The notes under the pieces are model-generated. The model had not been told where the DNA came from and did not search any database. It worked only from the letters and a program-made list of their open reading frames with translations. A stretch of DNA of 64,000 nt from Candidatus Nealsonbacteria bacterium (lineage in GTDB: Bacteria > Patescibacteriota > Minisyncoccia > Minisyncoccales > MHMH01), in the NCBI GenBank assembly GCA_016188865.1, contig JACPGX010000001.1, positions 205,197 to 269,196 of the forward strand, in the 5' to 3' direction. Below are positions 10,085 through 19,617 of the stretch, piece by piece. A program made the translations under genes and the position numbers. Numbering within the stretch: position 1 is the stretch's first letter; the number at the start of each line of letters is the position of its first letter.

Positions 10085-10992
10085 TATTTAAAAGCTAATA
10101 AAACTAATCCGGAAACTATGAATAAAACACCGGTAATTTTCTGAAAAAGGGCCATCCCCCCCATTTCTTCTTTCAAAAGCAGGGGTTTCCAACGAAACAG
10201 CAGAAAAACAAAAAACAGCAAGAAGAGGTGCCTTGTCCCTTCTAGGGCGTTAATTATTGGAACTTGGCCGGGTTTTGCCAAAAAAATAGCATAATACTGC
10301 GCAAAGACCCCCAAGCCGCCGATTATCTGGCCGAAAATAAAAAGTCCCGATATTTTTTGAGTAACCTTTTGGGTAAAAATTTCTTTTCTAAATGAAGGGG
10401 TGACAAGCATGCTGCCCAAGAAAATCACCCCGCCTATTGATGTTAGGAAAAATCCGGTTAGGAAATCAGTTTTCATAAAAAGTATTTTTGTTATCAAAAA
10501 AGATAGGGCAAAAAGCAGGGCAGAAAAAAATGGATATTTTAATGTTTTAAAATGAATGAATTCTTTAGTAAATTTTGAGAAGGAAATTACAATAGATCCT
10601 GAAACCAAAAGAACAAAAGCTATAATTTGATATAAATTTACAATTTCTGTTATGGGAAAGTAAAGAAAAAAGAAAATAAAAGCGAAAATCGGCAAAAATC
10701 CGCTGACAGCGGGGACGATCCTTGAAACTTCGCTTCTGATTATCCCTTCAGTTAAAAATAAAATGGCTAAAGCCCTGATCAATCCGCTTGCCAATCCTAC
10801 TAAAATTATACTGACTGCCGGTAAATTTATTCCGAAGGGAATCAGGAGAATGCCCACTAAAAACCACAAAATTACCACATTAAAAGTGTAAATCCTCGGG
10901 CTGGGAATTGAACCAACTAAAAAATAACGATCGAATAAAGAGACGATAGCCAAAAAGAAATAAGCTAAAATGGTAAGCAATAACCAAAACAT
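10084..10992 (-). CDS. DMT/EamA-like membrane transporter
   Basis: About 10 TMs in two repeats. Confidence 0.7.
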   Translation of the reverse strand: MFWLLLTILAYFFLAIVSLFDRYFLVGSIPSPRIYTFNVVILWFLVGILLIPFGINLPAVSIILVGLASGLIRALAILFLTEGIIRSEVSRIVPAVSGFLPIFAFIFFFLYFPITEIVNLYQIIAFVLLVSGSIVISFSKFTKEFIHFKTLKYPFFSALLFALSFLITKILFMKTDFLTGFFLTSIGGVIFLGSMLVTPSFRKEIFTQKVTQKISGLFIFGQIIGGLGVFAQYYAIFLAKPGQVPIINALEGTRHLFLLFFVFLLFRWKPLLLKEEMGGMALFQKITGVLFIVSGLVLLAFK

Positions 10993-10994
10993 AG

Positions 10995-12281
10995 TTAGAT
11001 GATTTGTTCAATATTCATTGTTCCCATTTTTTCTCCCTCAATAAAGCCCTCCATGGCAGCTTCAGCCAGATAGCCCTGCCGGATCCAATCATTAAGCCAC
11101 TGGTAAGCATATCTGGGATTTTCCTGCAGGCTGCCAAAACCTGATTTCAAAAGCCACCTTTTGTTAAATTCTTCCTGAGAACCAATGGGCGGGGCTATAA
11201 TTATGGGCAATCCCAAAGCAGAATAAAAAGAAAGCTCGGATGGCTTAGTCCACAAAATATCGGTTTTTCTCAGAGCTTCATTAAATTTCTGAAAATAATC
11301 TTCGATATTTTCTTCAAAAATAATCTCTATACTAGGATTGCCTTTTAGCTTTAATTTTTCTAAATTATGCTCAAAATATTCCTTAACTTTTTCTTTAATG
11401 CCAGCGACTAAAATCACCTTAAGTTCTTTCGCCCATATTTTTACTACCAGCGATTTAGCAATCTGGATGCCGATTTCTCTCTGAGCCCCGGCTCCTCCAA
11501 CGGCAAACATTATAGTTAAAGGATGGTCCGAAGATGATGGTAAGTTTCCAAGATAGGTTTCAAGCAAATGCTCGTATTTGCTAAGGTATCTTTTTTGCGG
11601 ATCTAAATTTAAAATTCTACTGCCCAAATCATCTTTAAGATTGCGCATTTCTTCCCCGTCAATAATATCTTGGGGCAAGGGATACCCTGTAAAAAAAATA
11701 TTCTCCGACTTTATCCCGTAAGCTTTAAGTCTCTCCACCACCCTAAGATTGGGAGCGCAATACTTTATTCTGCTCCTACCCGGCTCGAGGGGGGCCCAGG
11801 TTCTGGAAATGTCGGCATCGGCAACAACGCAAAAAATCTCGCCAGGGTAATTAAAGTATTCAGCCATAAAAGCTGGCACGAAAAACGTAGTGACAAATGG
11901 CAAATTTCCGTTCCTCAATTTTAATTCTTCAATAAGATGTCTGCCCCAGTTTTTTTTAATCAGGGAGTAAATTTGTTTTAGCTGAATATTCGACTTAGAC
12001 AAGTCTCTTTTGGGATAATAGCTTAAAATTTCTTGAAGCTTATCCATAACGGCAAAAGCCAGCTGACCAATGATGGGAATCCGTTTGATCCGGGAAATAA
12101 ATTCATAAAATTTTCTTGATTTTTCCCAGATATTCCTGTCTTTGGAAGGAATTCCTTCGTAATTGTTGGCATTGATGATTTTTCCCTCCAAAGCCAGGTG
12201 CCTCAAAGGATAAGCAGTCCTTTGGTGCCCGTAACCCATGTTTACCGCTACCACCCAGGCTTTTTTAGTTGTACTTGCCAT
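10995..12281 (-). CDS. GT-B fold glycosyltransferase (MGDG synthase/MurG-like)
   Basis: MGYGH, TGYP, LWTKPSE, GLPII..PIGSQEEFN. Confidence 0.75.
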   Translation of the reverse strand: MASTTKKAWVVAVNMGYGHQRTAYPLRHLALEGKIINANNYEGIPSKDRNIWEKSRKFYEFISRIKRIPIIGQLAFAVMDKLQEILSYYPKRDLSKSNIQLKQIYSLIKKNWGRHLIEELKLRNGNLPFVTTFFVPAFMAEYFNYPGEIFCVVADADISRTWAPLEPGRSRIKYCAPNLRVVERLKAYGIKSENIFFTGYPLPQDIIDGEEMRNLKDDLGSRILNLDPQKRYLSKYEHLLETYLGNLPSSSDHPLTIMFAVGGAGAQREIGIQIAKSLVVKIWAKELKVILVAGIKEKVKEYFEHNLEKLKLKGNPSIEIIFEENIEDYFQKFNEALRKTDILWTKPSELSFYSALGLPIIIAPPIGSQEEFNKRWLLKSGFGSLQENPRYAYQWLNDWIRQGYLAEAAMEGFIEGEKMGTMNIEQII

Positions 12282-13684
12282 ACACGTTTATTGTACCACC
12301 AAATAAAGCCAAACAGAATGAAATAAAAAACTATCAGCCAAAGCCAGTGCAAATTGCCCACAGCCATGGAAACTAACGGCATTTTGCTAAACCAATCAAC
12401 AATTTTCGTAATATATGTCAAAGAAAGCCAAACGGGCCAAGACAATAAAAACCCAAGAGGTTGCAAGATAATACCGAAAATTGCAAAAATAAAAATTAAG
12501 ATAGTAATTGGAGCCAAAAAGGGAACTATTAAAATATTAACAACAGGACTCAATAAGGATATTCTGCCAAAATTATAAGCTAAAATCGGCAAAGTAAAAA
12601 CTTGGGCCGAAAGAGTAGCAGATAAAGTGGTTCTTAATGGAAAAACTTTTGGATTAGGTAAAAGCCTTAGCCAATTTGAAAAATACGGCTCTAAATAAAT
12701 AAGGCCTAAAATGGCTAAAAAAGAAAGCTGGAAACCTACGTCTTTCGTCAAGAGAAAAGGATTTTGAACAAGCATAAAAGTTGCCGCAAAAAATACCGCT
12801 CTTGAGCCGGATGACATGCGTCCTAATTTTTTAGCTAAAATAAAAATAACGGCCATAATAAAAGCCCTGACAGCTGAAGCCTGGGCTCCGATCATTAAAA
12901 TGTAAAGAAAAAGCAAAACTATCGAAATATAAAACGGCGCAAAGGAAGATATTATAGAAGAAATAATGGTTATATTCATTCCGGAAACCGCCGCAATATG
13001 GCGGGTGCCGGTAATATTGAGCTTGTCTTTCCATTCTCGGGAAATATTAGATTCTTGGCCGAAAACTAATGCCTCCAAAAAACCTTCTTGCGGCGGCGAA
13101 ATAAAAGAACCGGCGGTATCTCTAAATTTATTTTTAAAAGATAAAATAATTTCCATTATCGGGTTGCCAAACCCGGAACTCATAAACTCAATTTTTGGAA
13201 AACTCATTACTGCCGTAATGCCGTCTTTTTTAAGATAATCACGATAGTTAAAATCATCGAAAACCGGCGGCATTTCCAAACGGCCAATAATTTTTAGTCT
13301 ATCCCCATAATTATATTTCGGATACCTCCCCGCCGTCACCAAAATCGGGCGAGAACCGTTCTCGCCCGATTTTATCACAAGCTTTATGCTAGCAGGCCTG
13401 ACATCGGGTTCTTTAACCACGATTCCGACAAACTCGACATTCCCTTCTTGGGGATAAACAATTTTTGACTCCGCCATCTGATACCGCCAAATTCCCAAAA
13501 CTAAAAACAGTAAGCAAAATCCGCCCGTAGCCAGTTTTTTATAACGCCAAAAAATTGAAATTAAAAATACTCCAATAATTAAAAAACCCAGTAAAAATAA
13601 CTGGGGCATAAAAATAAATGAACTCGCAAAAATTCCTCCTACAAACGCCAGACAAAAATACAAAAATATCCGCGACTTAGTCAT
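12248..13684 (-). CDS. comEC: ComEC/Rec2 competence protein (no beta-lactamase domain)
   Basis: OB-fold FDDFNYRDYL, TGTRHIAAVSGMN, SAVRA, DVGFQLSF. Confidence 0.9.
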   Translation of the reverse strand: MTKSRIFLYFCLAFVGGIFASSFIFMPQLFLLGFLIIGVFLISIFWRYKKLATGGFCLLFLVLGIWRYQMAESKIVYPQEGNVEFVGIVVKEPDVRPASIKLVIKSGENGSRPILVTAGRYPKYNYGDRLKIIGRLEMPPVFDDFNYRDYLKKDGITAVMSFPKIEFMSSGFGNPIMEIILSFKNKFRDTAGSFISPPQEGFLEALVFGQESNISREWKDKLNITGTRHIAAVSGMNITIISSIISSFAPFYISIVLLFLYILMIGAQASAVRAFIMAVIFILAKKLGRMSSGSRAVFFAATFMLVQNPFLLTKDVGFQLSFLAILGLIYLEPYFSNWLRLLPNPKVFPLRTTLSATLSAQVFTLPILAYNFGRISLLSPVVNILIVPFLAPITILIFIFAIFGIILQPLGFLLSWPVWLSLTYITKIVDWFSKMPLVSMAVGNLHWLWLIVFYFILFGFIWWYNKRVWQVQLKKPGW

Positions 13685-13782
13685 TTTTAATTTATATCAA
13701 ATTATTGCATCTAATGGAATCTAGACGACCCCGATCATTAATTCAAAACCACCGAAGATTTATTATCTATCTAAATAAAAAA

Positions 13783-13818
13783 ATCGTATTATTATTGCCA
13801 TGGCTTTAATTTTACGAT
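13783..13818. repeat. 36-bp palindromic repeat, copy downstream of the PaaX/Cas2-like gene
   Basis: ATCGTATTATTATTGCCATGGCTTTAATTTTACGAT; 33/36 identical to the reverse complement of 14414-14449. Confidence 0.9.
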
Positions 13819-13821
13819 TTT

Positions 13822-14400
13822 TTATAAATTAAACGCTTTCCTTAGCTCTCTGTCATCGCCCAAATTTTCAGCTACCACCAAACGCAACTCTTTTTCTAGC
13901 AAACCAAAAAATGTCCGCAATAAATCTATCTCAGCCCGACAATCGAAAGGATAAACCCAAATGCTTTTCTGAAACTGATAAAATCCCAATGTCTTTAATT
14001 TACTTCTGAAAGCATCTCGATGAAACTTTTTAAGTTGGGCGATGTCAAACATTACCATTCTCCATTTATCGTCCCACTTCTTTGGTTTGGCAATTTTTAA
14101 ATTATCGATCTGCAGCCATCCGGCTTTTTTCTTTCCTTCCCTTGTCAGAGAAATGCATATTTGGTGATTATTTTCTTGAATATTAATTAACCCTTGTTTT
14201 CTAAAATGATAGAAAGTATCAGAAACTTTCTGCTTGGGATATTTTTTAAATTTTTGGTGATATTTTAAAAGATTGGTTAGAAAACAGGGTGAAGTAGCCG
14301 CAATAGACACCGCTCCAGCGATCATTAACCAGCGAAAGATGTCTTTCCCAATTTCCGATTTTGGTTTTGTAAAATAATATTTATATTTTCTTATACTCAT
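13822..14400 (-). CDS. PaaX-like / Cas2-VapD-like protein (wHTH plus ferredoxin-like fold)
   Basis: ISLTREGK wing, then KWDDKWRMVMFDI...RDAFRSKLKTLGFYQFQKSIWV. Confidence 0.8.
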   Translation of the reverse strand: MSIRKYKYYFTKPKSEIGKDIFRWLMIAGAVSIAATSPCFLTNLLKYHQKFKKYPKQKVSDTFYHFRKQGLINIQENNHQICISLTREGKKKAGWLQIDNLKIAKPKKWDDKWRMVMFDIAQLKKFHRDAFRSKLKTLGFYQFQKSIWVYPFDCRAEIDLLRTFFGLLEKELRLVVAENLGDDRELRKAFNL

Positions 14401-14413
14401 ATTAATAAATAAT

Positions 14414-14449
14414 ATCGTATAATTAACGCCATGGCAATAATTATACGAT
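14414..14449. repeat. 36-bp palindromic repeat, copy upstream of the PaaX/Cas2-like gene
   Basis: ATCGTATAATTAACGCCATGGCAATAATTATACGAT. Confidence 0.9.
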
Positions 14450-14522
14450 AAATATTATGAATTATCCGTTACTGCTTACCTAAAAATAAAAAAGTGTCGA
14501 AATGACACTCCTTTGGCTACTC

Positions 14523-14807
14523 TTAGTTTATTGTTATTTCTTTTTTGCAGCAAAGACTGAATTTGTATTTTCTTTCATCGACTGAAAGTTCCCGTTCGCA
14601 TCGAGGACAAACGATAATGCCTTCACGCTTTACTAATCGCACTTCATGCGCCACCAAATAGATAGTCGCAACGCCAACTATTAAACCGGCAATCCAATAA
14701 ACGGTTACAGTAAGTATATAGGATAGCCAGACGCCAATTAAAATCCAAAACCATAAAGACCCTCTGGACCGCTTTAACGCCTCCCTCCAGCTTAAACTCT
14801 TCTCCAT
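14523..14807 (-). CDS. Small membrane protein with C-terminal Cys cluster
   Basis: GGGAGG SD, two TMs, CPRC...CC. Confidence 0.7.
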   Translation of the reverse strand: MEKSLSWREALKRSRGSLWFWILIGVWLSYILTVTVYWIAGLIVGVATIYLVAHEVRLVKREGIIVCPRCERELSVDERKYKFSLCCKKEITIN

Positions 14808-14865
14808 TGTTCCTCCCTTATTTTATTTTCAACTAAAAACATCTTAGCAAATGCCTAAAATTATA

Positions 14866-15144
14866 TCAAGCAAAGGTAAATAGGCTGATAAGGCCCTTAA
14901 TGGCTAAAAAGGCGGCAATGCCTAATAAGACAAAGGGATGCATAATGGAAATCCAGCCGGAAACCAATAAAATTCCGGCGCCGATATCTATCAAACTGAA
15001 GAAATTCATAAAGAAAATCAGGCCTTTTAAAATAAGATAAATGCCAAAAGCAATCATCATCCCCCTGGGTATGTCTATATGATAGAAGCTGGCCACAAAT
15101 AACAAACCGGATATGATGTCGGCAAGGCCGAAAAATCTAGCCAT
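14866..15144 (-). CDS. Small hypothetical membrane protein
   Basis: Hydrophobic ORF; likely start is ATG 15144, just after the nrdJ stop. Confidence 0.65.
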   Translation of the reverse strand: MARFFGLADIISGLLFVASFYHIDIPRGMMIAFGIYLILKGLIFFMNFFSLIDIGAGILLVSGWISIMHPFVLLGIAAFLAIKGLISLFTFA

Positions 15145-15146
15145 AA

Positions 15147-17354
15147 TTATATATTGCAAGTTGGGCAGGCGCCTGGCGGCAAATCAGGAATCTGCGGAGA
15201 AGGATCTCTCAATTCCGGAGGAATTTCCTGTTCTGGAATTTTTTCTTTTTCCTCCTTAAGCTGAATTTCTGATTGCCCGCTAGATTTTATATTCAACACC
15301 TGCTGCTGCCGGCTGCCAGTCCTAAATACGGTAACGCCCTTGCATCCCAAATCAAAAGCCAGGAAGTAAGCTTTTCTTACATCATCTTCTGAAGCCTCAA
15401 ATGGGAAATTAATTGTCTTTGATACGGCATTATCTGAGTATTTTTGGAAAGCCGCTTGAATACGAACATGGTCTTCCGGAACAATGTCAAAAGTGGTTAT
15501 AAAAATTTGCCTGATGTCTTTCGGTATCTCTTCAAAATTTTGAATGCTGGGCTCTCCAGAAATTTTTTCAATTAGTTCTTCTGAATAAAATCCTCTCTTT
15601 TTTGCTATTTCCTCAAAGACAGGATTTATTTCTACTAATTCCTGCCCGCCTAAAACATGCTTTCTGGTAAAAGCCACTGTGAATAAAGGCTCTATCCCAG
15701 AAGAACAGCCGGCAATAATGCCGATAGTGCCAGTGGGCGCTATAGTGGTGGTGGTAGCGTTTCTCATTTTTAACAAAGACCCCTCTTTATCGTAAATGCT
15801 GTTCTTAAAATTAGGAAAAGCTCCTCTTTCTTCAGCCAGCTTGGCTGAAGTATTTTTGGATTCATCTTGAATAAATTTCATTATTTTTTCGGCTATGGAT
15901 AAAGCCTCTTTAGAATTATAAGGCATCTCCAATCTAATCAGCATGTCGGCAAAACCCATTACCCCTAAACCAATTTTTCTGTTGCCCTTAGTCATTTCTT
16001 CAATTTGCGGCAAAGGATAGCGGTTTACCTCGACAACATTATCCAAAAAGCGCACCGCGTTAGAAACTGTTTCTCTAAGTTTCTGCCAATTAATTTCCCA
16101 CCTACCCTGAGCCGCGCCGAAGGGTTTTTTTTCTGCAAGCATTTTAGCCAAATTAATACTGCCCAAGTTGCACGATTCGTACGGCAATAATGGTTGTTCA
16201 CCGCATGGGTTGGTGCTTTCAATGTCTCCCAATCTCGGAGTCGGATTAAACTCGTTAATTCTATCAATAAAAATCACTCCGGGGTCGCCCGTCTGCCAAG
16301 CGTAGCGGACAATCATATCAAAAACTTTTTTAGCATTAAGCTTGCCCCAAACTTGGCCGGTTCGCGGATTAATCAAGTCGTAATCTTCCCCCAATTTGGC
16401 TTTTTTCATAAAATCATCCGTGGCGGCAACGGAAATATTAAAATTAGAAAGAATGCCTTCTTCTGTCTTGGCAGTAATAAACTCAAGAATATCAGGATGG
16501 TCTACTCTTAAAATACCCATATTAGCGCCGCGTCTTTTTCCGCCTTGCTTTATGGTTTGAGTAGCTGCATCGAAAACGGTCATAAAACTTATGGGGCCAG
16601 AAGCTACGCCTTTGGTGGATTTCACAATATCGCCCTTTGGCCTTAAACGGGCGAAAGAATAGCCCGTTCCCCCTCCAGACTGATGAATTAAAGCACCATT
16701 TTTTACGGCATCAAAAATTCCATCCATTGAGTCTGGGATCGGGATCACAAAACACGCACTAAGCTGCTGCAGGGGGTTGCCGGCATTCATCAATGTCGGA
16801 GAATTGGGTAAAAATTCCAGAGAAGCCATCATGTGATAAAATTTTTCTTCTATCTGAAATACCTGCTCATCGGTCAAATCCGGCTTATAAATTTTTTCAG
16901 CCGAAGATATATTTTGAGAAACCCTCTTGAATAATTCCTGCGGCGTTTCAACGATTTTACCTTCGTCATTTTTGTTTAAATACCTTGATTCTAAAACTCG
17001 AAGCGCGTTAGAGCTCAATTTTGTCTTAAACTCAAAATTCAATAGCCACCACTTGGCTTCCCTGATTTCCGCTCTTTTCTGGCGATAGGTATGATAAGCA
17101 TGGGCAACTTTTTCCAATCCGTTAGTCTGCAAAACCTCTTCAACAATATCTTGGATTTGCTCCACTCCGGGAATTTTGCCAGCCAATCTTTCATTCAAAA
17201 TTAAAACTACCTTATCTGAAAGACCTCCGGCCAGCGTTTCATTTTCTCCAGTAGCTACTAATGCTTTAGAAACAGCATCGGTAATTTGGCTTTGATCCCA
17301 GTCAACTAGCCTGCCGTCCCTTTTTTTAATTTTTGGAAATTTGCTTTCTGCCAT
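15147..17354 (-). CDS. nrdJ: Class II (adenosylcobalamin-dependent) ribonucleotide reductase with ATP cone
   Basis: IKKRDG ATP cone, PNSPTLMNAG, LSACF, TNPCGEQ, ESCNLGSINL, TIAPTG, C-terminal CPTC; no beta subunit adjacent. Confidence 0.9.
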   Translation of the reverse strand: MAESKFPKIKKRDGRLVDWDQSQITDAVSKALVATGENETLAGGLSDKVVLILNERLAGKIPGVEQIQDIVEEVLQTNGLEKVAHAYHTYRQKRAEIREAKWWLLNFEFKTKLSSNALRVLESRYLNKNDEGKIVETPQELFKRVSQNISSAEKIYKPDLTDEQVFQIEEKFYHMMASLEFLPNSPTLMNAGNPLQQLSACFVIPIPDSMDGIFDAVKNGALIHQSGGGTGYSFARLRPKGDIVKSTKGVASGPISFMTVFDAATQTIKQGGKRRGANMGILRVDHPDILEFITAKTEEGILSNFNISVAATDDFMKKAKLGEDYDLINPRTGQVWGKLNAKKVFDMIVRYAWQTGDPGVIFIDRINEFNPTPRLGDIESTNPCGEQPLLPYESCNLGSINLAKMLAEKKPFGAAQGRWEINWQKLRETVSNAVRFLDNVVEVNRYPLPQIEEMTKGNRKIGLGVMGFADMLIRLEMPYNSKEALSIAEKIMKFIQDESKNTSAKLAEERGAFPNFKNSIYDKEGSLLKMRNATTTTIAPTGTIGIIAGCSSGIEPLFTVAFTRKHVLGGQELVEINPVFEEIAKKRGFYSEELIEKISGEPSIQNFEEIPKDIRQIFITTFDIVPEDHVRIQAAFQKYSDNAVSKTINFPFEASEDDVRKAYFLAFDLGCKGVTVFRTGSRQQQVLNIKSSGQSEIQLKEEKEKIPEQEIPPELRDPSPQIPDLPPGACPTCNI

Positions 17355-17371
17355 AGTTGAAAGATTACTCT

Positions 17372-17400
17372 ATTTTACCCCGACAAAAAAACGGGGTCAA
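17372..17400 (-). promoter_or_regulatory. Sigma70-type promoter of nrdJ
   Basis: TTGACC-17-TAAAAT. Confidence 0.65.
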
Positions 17401-17430
17401 AACCCCGTCAATCCCTCTGGGAATTATCAC

Positions 17431-17439
17431 TTATCCACA
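17431..17439 (+). promoter_or_regulatory. DnaA box upstream of nrdJ
   Basis: Perfect TTATCCACA. Confidence 0.55.
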
Positions 17440-17442
17440 CCG

Positions 17443-18375
17443 CTATTTTTCTTCAAACCCCGTGGCAATAACCGTGATTTTAATCTCGTCTTTTGAGAGG
17501 CGCTTGTCCAAGACTGCGCCGAAAATAACTTTAGCCCGAGAGTCGGCATTTTTGGTTATGGTTTTTGCCGCCAAGTCAATTTCATTCAAGCTTAAACTGC
17601 TGCCGCCCGAGATATTAAATAAAATTCCCTTGGCTCCCTTAATTGAAAAATCAAGCAAAGGAGAATTGATAGCCAAATTAGCGGCTGTTTCCGCCCTATT
17701 TTCCCCTTTGGCCCTGCCTTGACCGAAAAAAGCGGAACCCGCCTCCCGCATAATAGTTTTAACATCAGAAAAATCAACATTAACAATGCCAGGTATGGTA
17801 ATCAAATCAGTAATTCCCTGCACCGCCTGGCGTAAAACCTCGTCGCAATGCCAAAAAGCTGACAATAATGTAGCAGTTTTATCACCTAATGCAATAATCT
17901 TATCATTGGGAACCACCAAAAGAGTGTCTACTTTTTCTTTAAGAGCCGCCAAGCCTTCCTTAGCCAATTGGTTTCTGTAAGAACCCTCAAAAGAAAAAGG
18001 AAGGGTAACTACTCCCACTACCAGAGCCCCTAAAGATTTAGCTGTCTGGGCCACGACAGGAGCTGCTCCCGTACCCGTGCCCCCGCCAAGCCCGGCAGTC
18101 ACAAAAACCATATCTGCTCCTTTTAAAAGCTGGCTTATTTCTCCCTTATTTTCTTCGGCTGCCAATCTGCCGACTTCCGGATCCATGCCGGCTCCCAGCC
18201 CTTTAGTTAAATTTCTGCCAATGCGCAATTTTTGATGGGCTCTGGCTTTCTGCAGGTCCTGAGCATCGCAGTTAATCACCGCTAAATCCACCCCCTGAAT
18301 TTTACAGGCTGCCATTCTGGAAACAGCATTAGAACCTGCTCCGCCAACCCCAACTACTTTAATTTTTGTAGCCAT
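17443..18375 (-). CDS. ftsZ: Cell division protein FtsZ (no C-terminal tail)
   Basis: VGVGGAG, GLGGGTGTG, NVDFSD, ITVIATGF. Confidence 0.97.
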   Translation of the reverse strand: MATKIKVVGVGGAGSNAVSRMAACKIQGVDLAVINCDAQDLQKARAHQKLRIGRNLTKGLGAGMDPEVGRLAAEENKGEISQLLKGADMVFVTAGLGGGTGTGAAPVVAQTAKSLGALVVGVVTLPFSFEGSYRNQLAKEGLAALKEKVDTLLVVPNDKIIALGDKTATLLSAFWHCDEVLRQAVQGITDLITIPGIVNVDFSDVKTIMREAGSAFFGQGRAKGENRAETAANLAINSPLLDFSIKGAKGILFNISGGSSLSLNEIDLAAKTITKNADSRAKVIFGAVLDKRLSKDEIKITVIATGFEEK

Positions 18376-18390
18376 AATTTATTTAAAGAG

Positions 18391-19617
18391 TTAAGGAATG
18401 AAAAATTTAAATGCCTTTTTTATTTTTTCAGCAAAACCGCTGTTTAAAACAGGAATAATTATTCCGCCAGCGTCCATTTCTAAATCTGACCCCTCTAAAA
18501 TAAGCCCGACTGCCGCACTTATAGACGGATCTCCGCTCAAACCGGCTATTCCTTCGGGCAAGCCAATCCGGCAGGGCAGTTTTGTTTCTTTTTTGGCAAA
18601 CTCTACAATTTTAGGCAGCATAGCTCCCCCGCCGGTTAAAACTATGCCGGCTGGCAATATTGATTTTGGAGAAACCCTCTTTAATTCCTGGAGGGCTAAG
18701 CTGAATATTTCAGAAACTCTCGCTTCAATAATTTTTACCAGCATTTTATGGTTGAAAACTAGGGGCTCTCCGTTGCCCGGATGCTGCGGCGGAATAATTT
18801 TTTCTTTTTTATCGCCTCCTTTCAAGACGCAGGAACCAAATTCTTTTTTAATTTTTTCAGCTGTTTCAATATCGGTTTTCAAGCCAATGGCTATGTCATG
18901 GGTAATCAATTCCGAACCTACAGGAAATACGGCTAAATGCGCCAAGTCGCCCTCTTCATAAAGCGCCATATCAGTCGTGCCGGCTCCGATATCCAATAAG
19001 CAAACCCCCAATTCTTTCTGCTGGGGAGTTAAAACCGCCCTGGCTGCAGCTATGGCAGAAGGAATAATGTCGGAAATTTGAAAACCTGCTTCTAAAACAG
19101 CTGCTGTCAAATTTTTCAAAAAAGGCGAGAAAGCGCAAAGAGCTAAAATTTTTACCTCGAGGCGCAATCCCTGCATATTGAGAGGGTCTTTGATTTTACC
19201 TTGGTCGTCAACAATAAATTCTCTGGGGAAAATATTCAAAATTTCCTTGTTAGACGGCAAAGAAAATGTTTGGGCTGTTTGAATAACCCTATTTTTATCT
19301 TCTTCAGAAATTCTCTGGTCTGCCCTGGAAACCACTATAGAACCTGAAGAGGGAGTGGCAAAAATATGGCTGCCGCCGATGTTGATATAAACGTCTTCGA
19401 TTTTTTGGCCGAGTTCTTGGCTAAGCTGGGCCATCGCTTCGGAAATTCTTTTTGAAACTTCTTCCGGCTTCACGACCGTTCCCCGCCTCAAACCAAAAGA
19501 AGGATAACGGGCCTGCCCCAAGACCTCAAGATTTCTATTATCGGTTTTTACAGCGGCTAAAACTTTAATTTCGCTGGTGCCGATATCCAATCCGCAAATT
19601 ATACGATTTTTAGCCAT
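18391..19617 (-). CDS. ftsA: Cell division protein FtsA
   Basis: GLDIGT, LDIGAGTT, IVLTGGG; upstream of ftsZ. Confidence 0.96.
   Translation of the reverse strand: MAKNRIICGLDIGTSEIKVLAAVKTDNRNLEVLGQARYPSFGLRRGTVVKPEEVSKRISEAMAQLSQELGQKIEDVYINIGGSHIFATPSSGSIVVSRADQRISEEDKNRVIQTAQTFSLPSNKEILNIFPREFIVDDQGKIKDPLNMQGLRLEVKILALCAFSPFLKNLTAAVLEAGFQISDIIPSAIAAARAVLTPQQKELGVCLLDIGAGTTDMALYEEGDLAHLAVFPVGSELITHDIAIGLKTDIETAEKIKKEFGSCVLKGGDKKEKIIPPQHPGNGEPLVFNHKMLVKIIEARVSEIFSLALQELKRVSPKSILPAGIVLTGGGAMLPKIVEFAKKETKLPCRIGLPEGIAGLSGDPSISAAVGLILEGSDLEMDAGGIIIPVLNSGFAEKIKKAFKFFIP

Noticed and set aside
13783..14449. CRISPR-Cas locus (Cas2-like protein with 36-bp repeats)
   Set aside because: Only two copies, inverted and about 600 bp apart; no spacers and no cas1 or effector genes.
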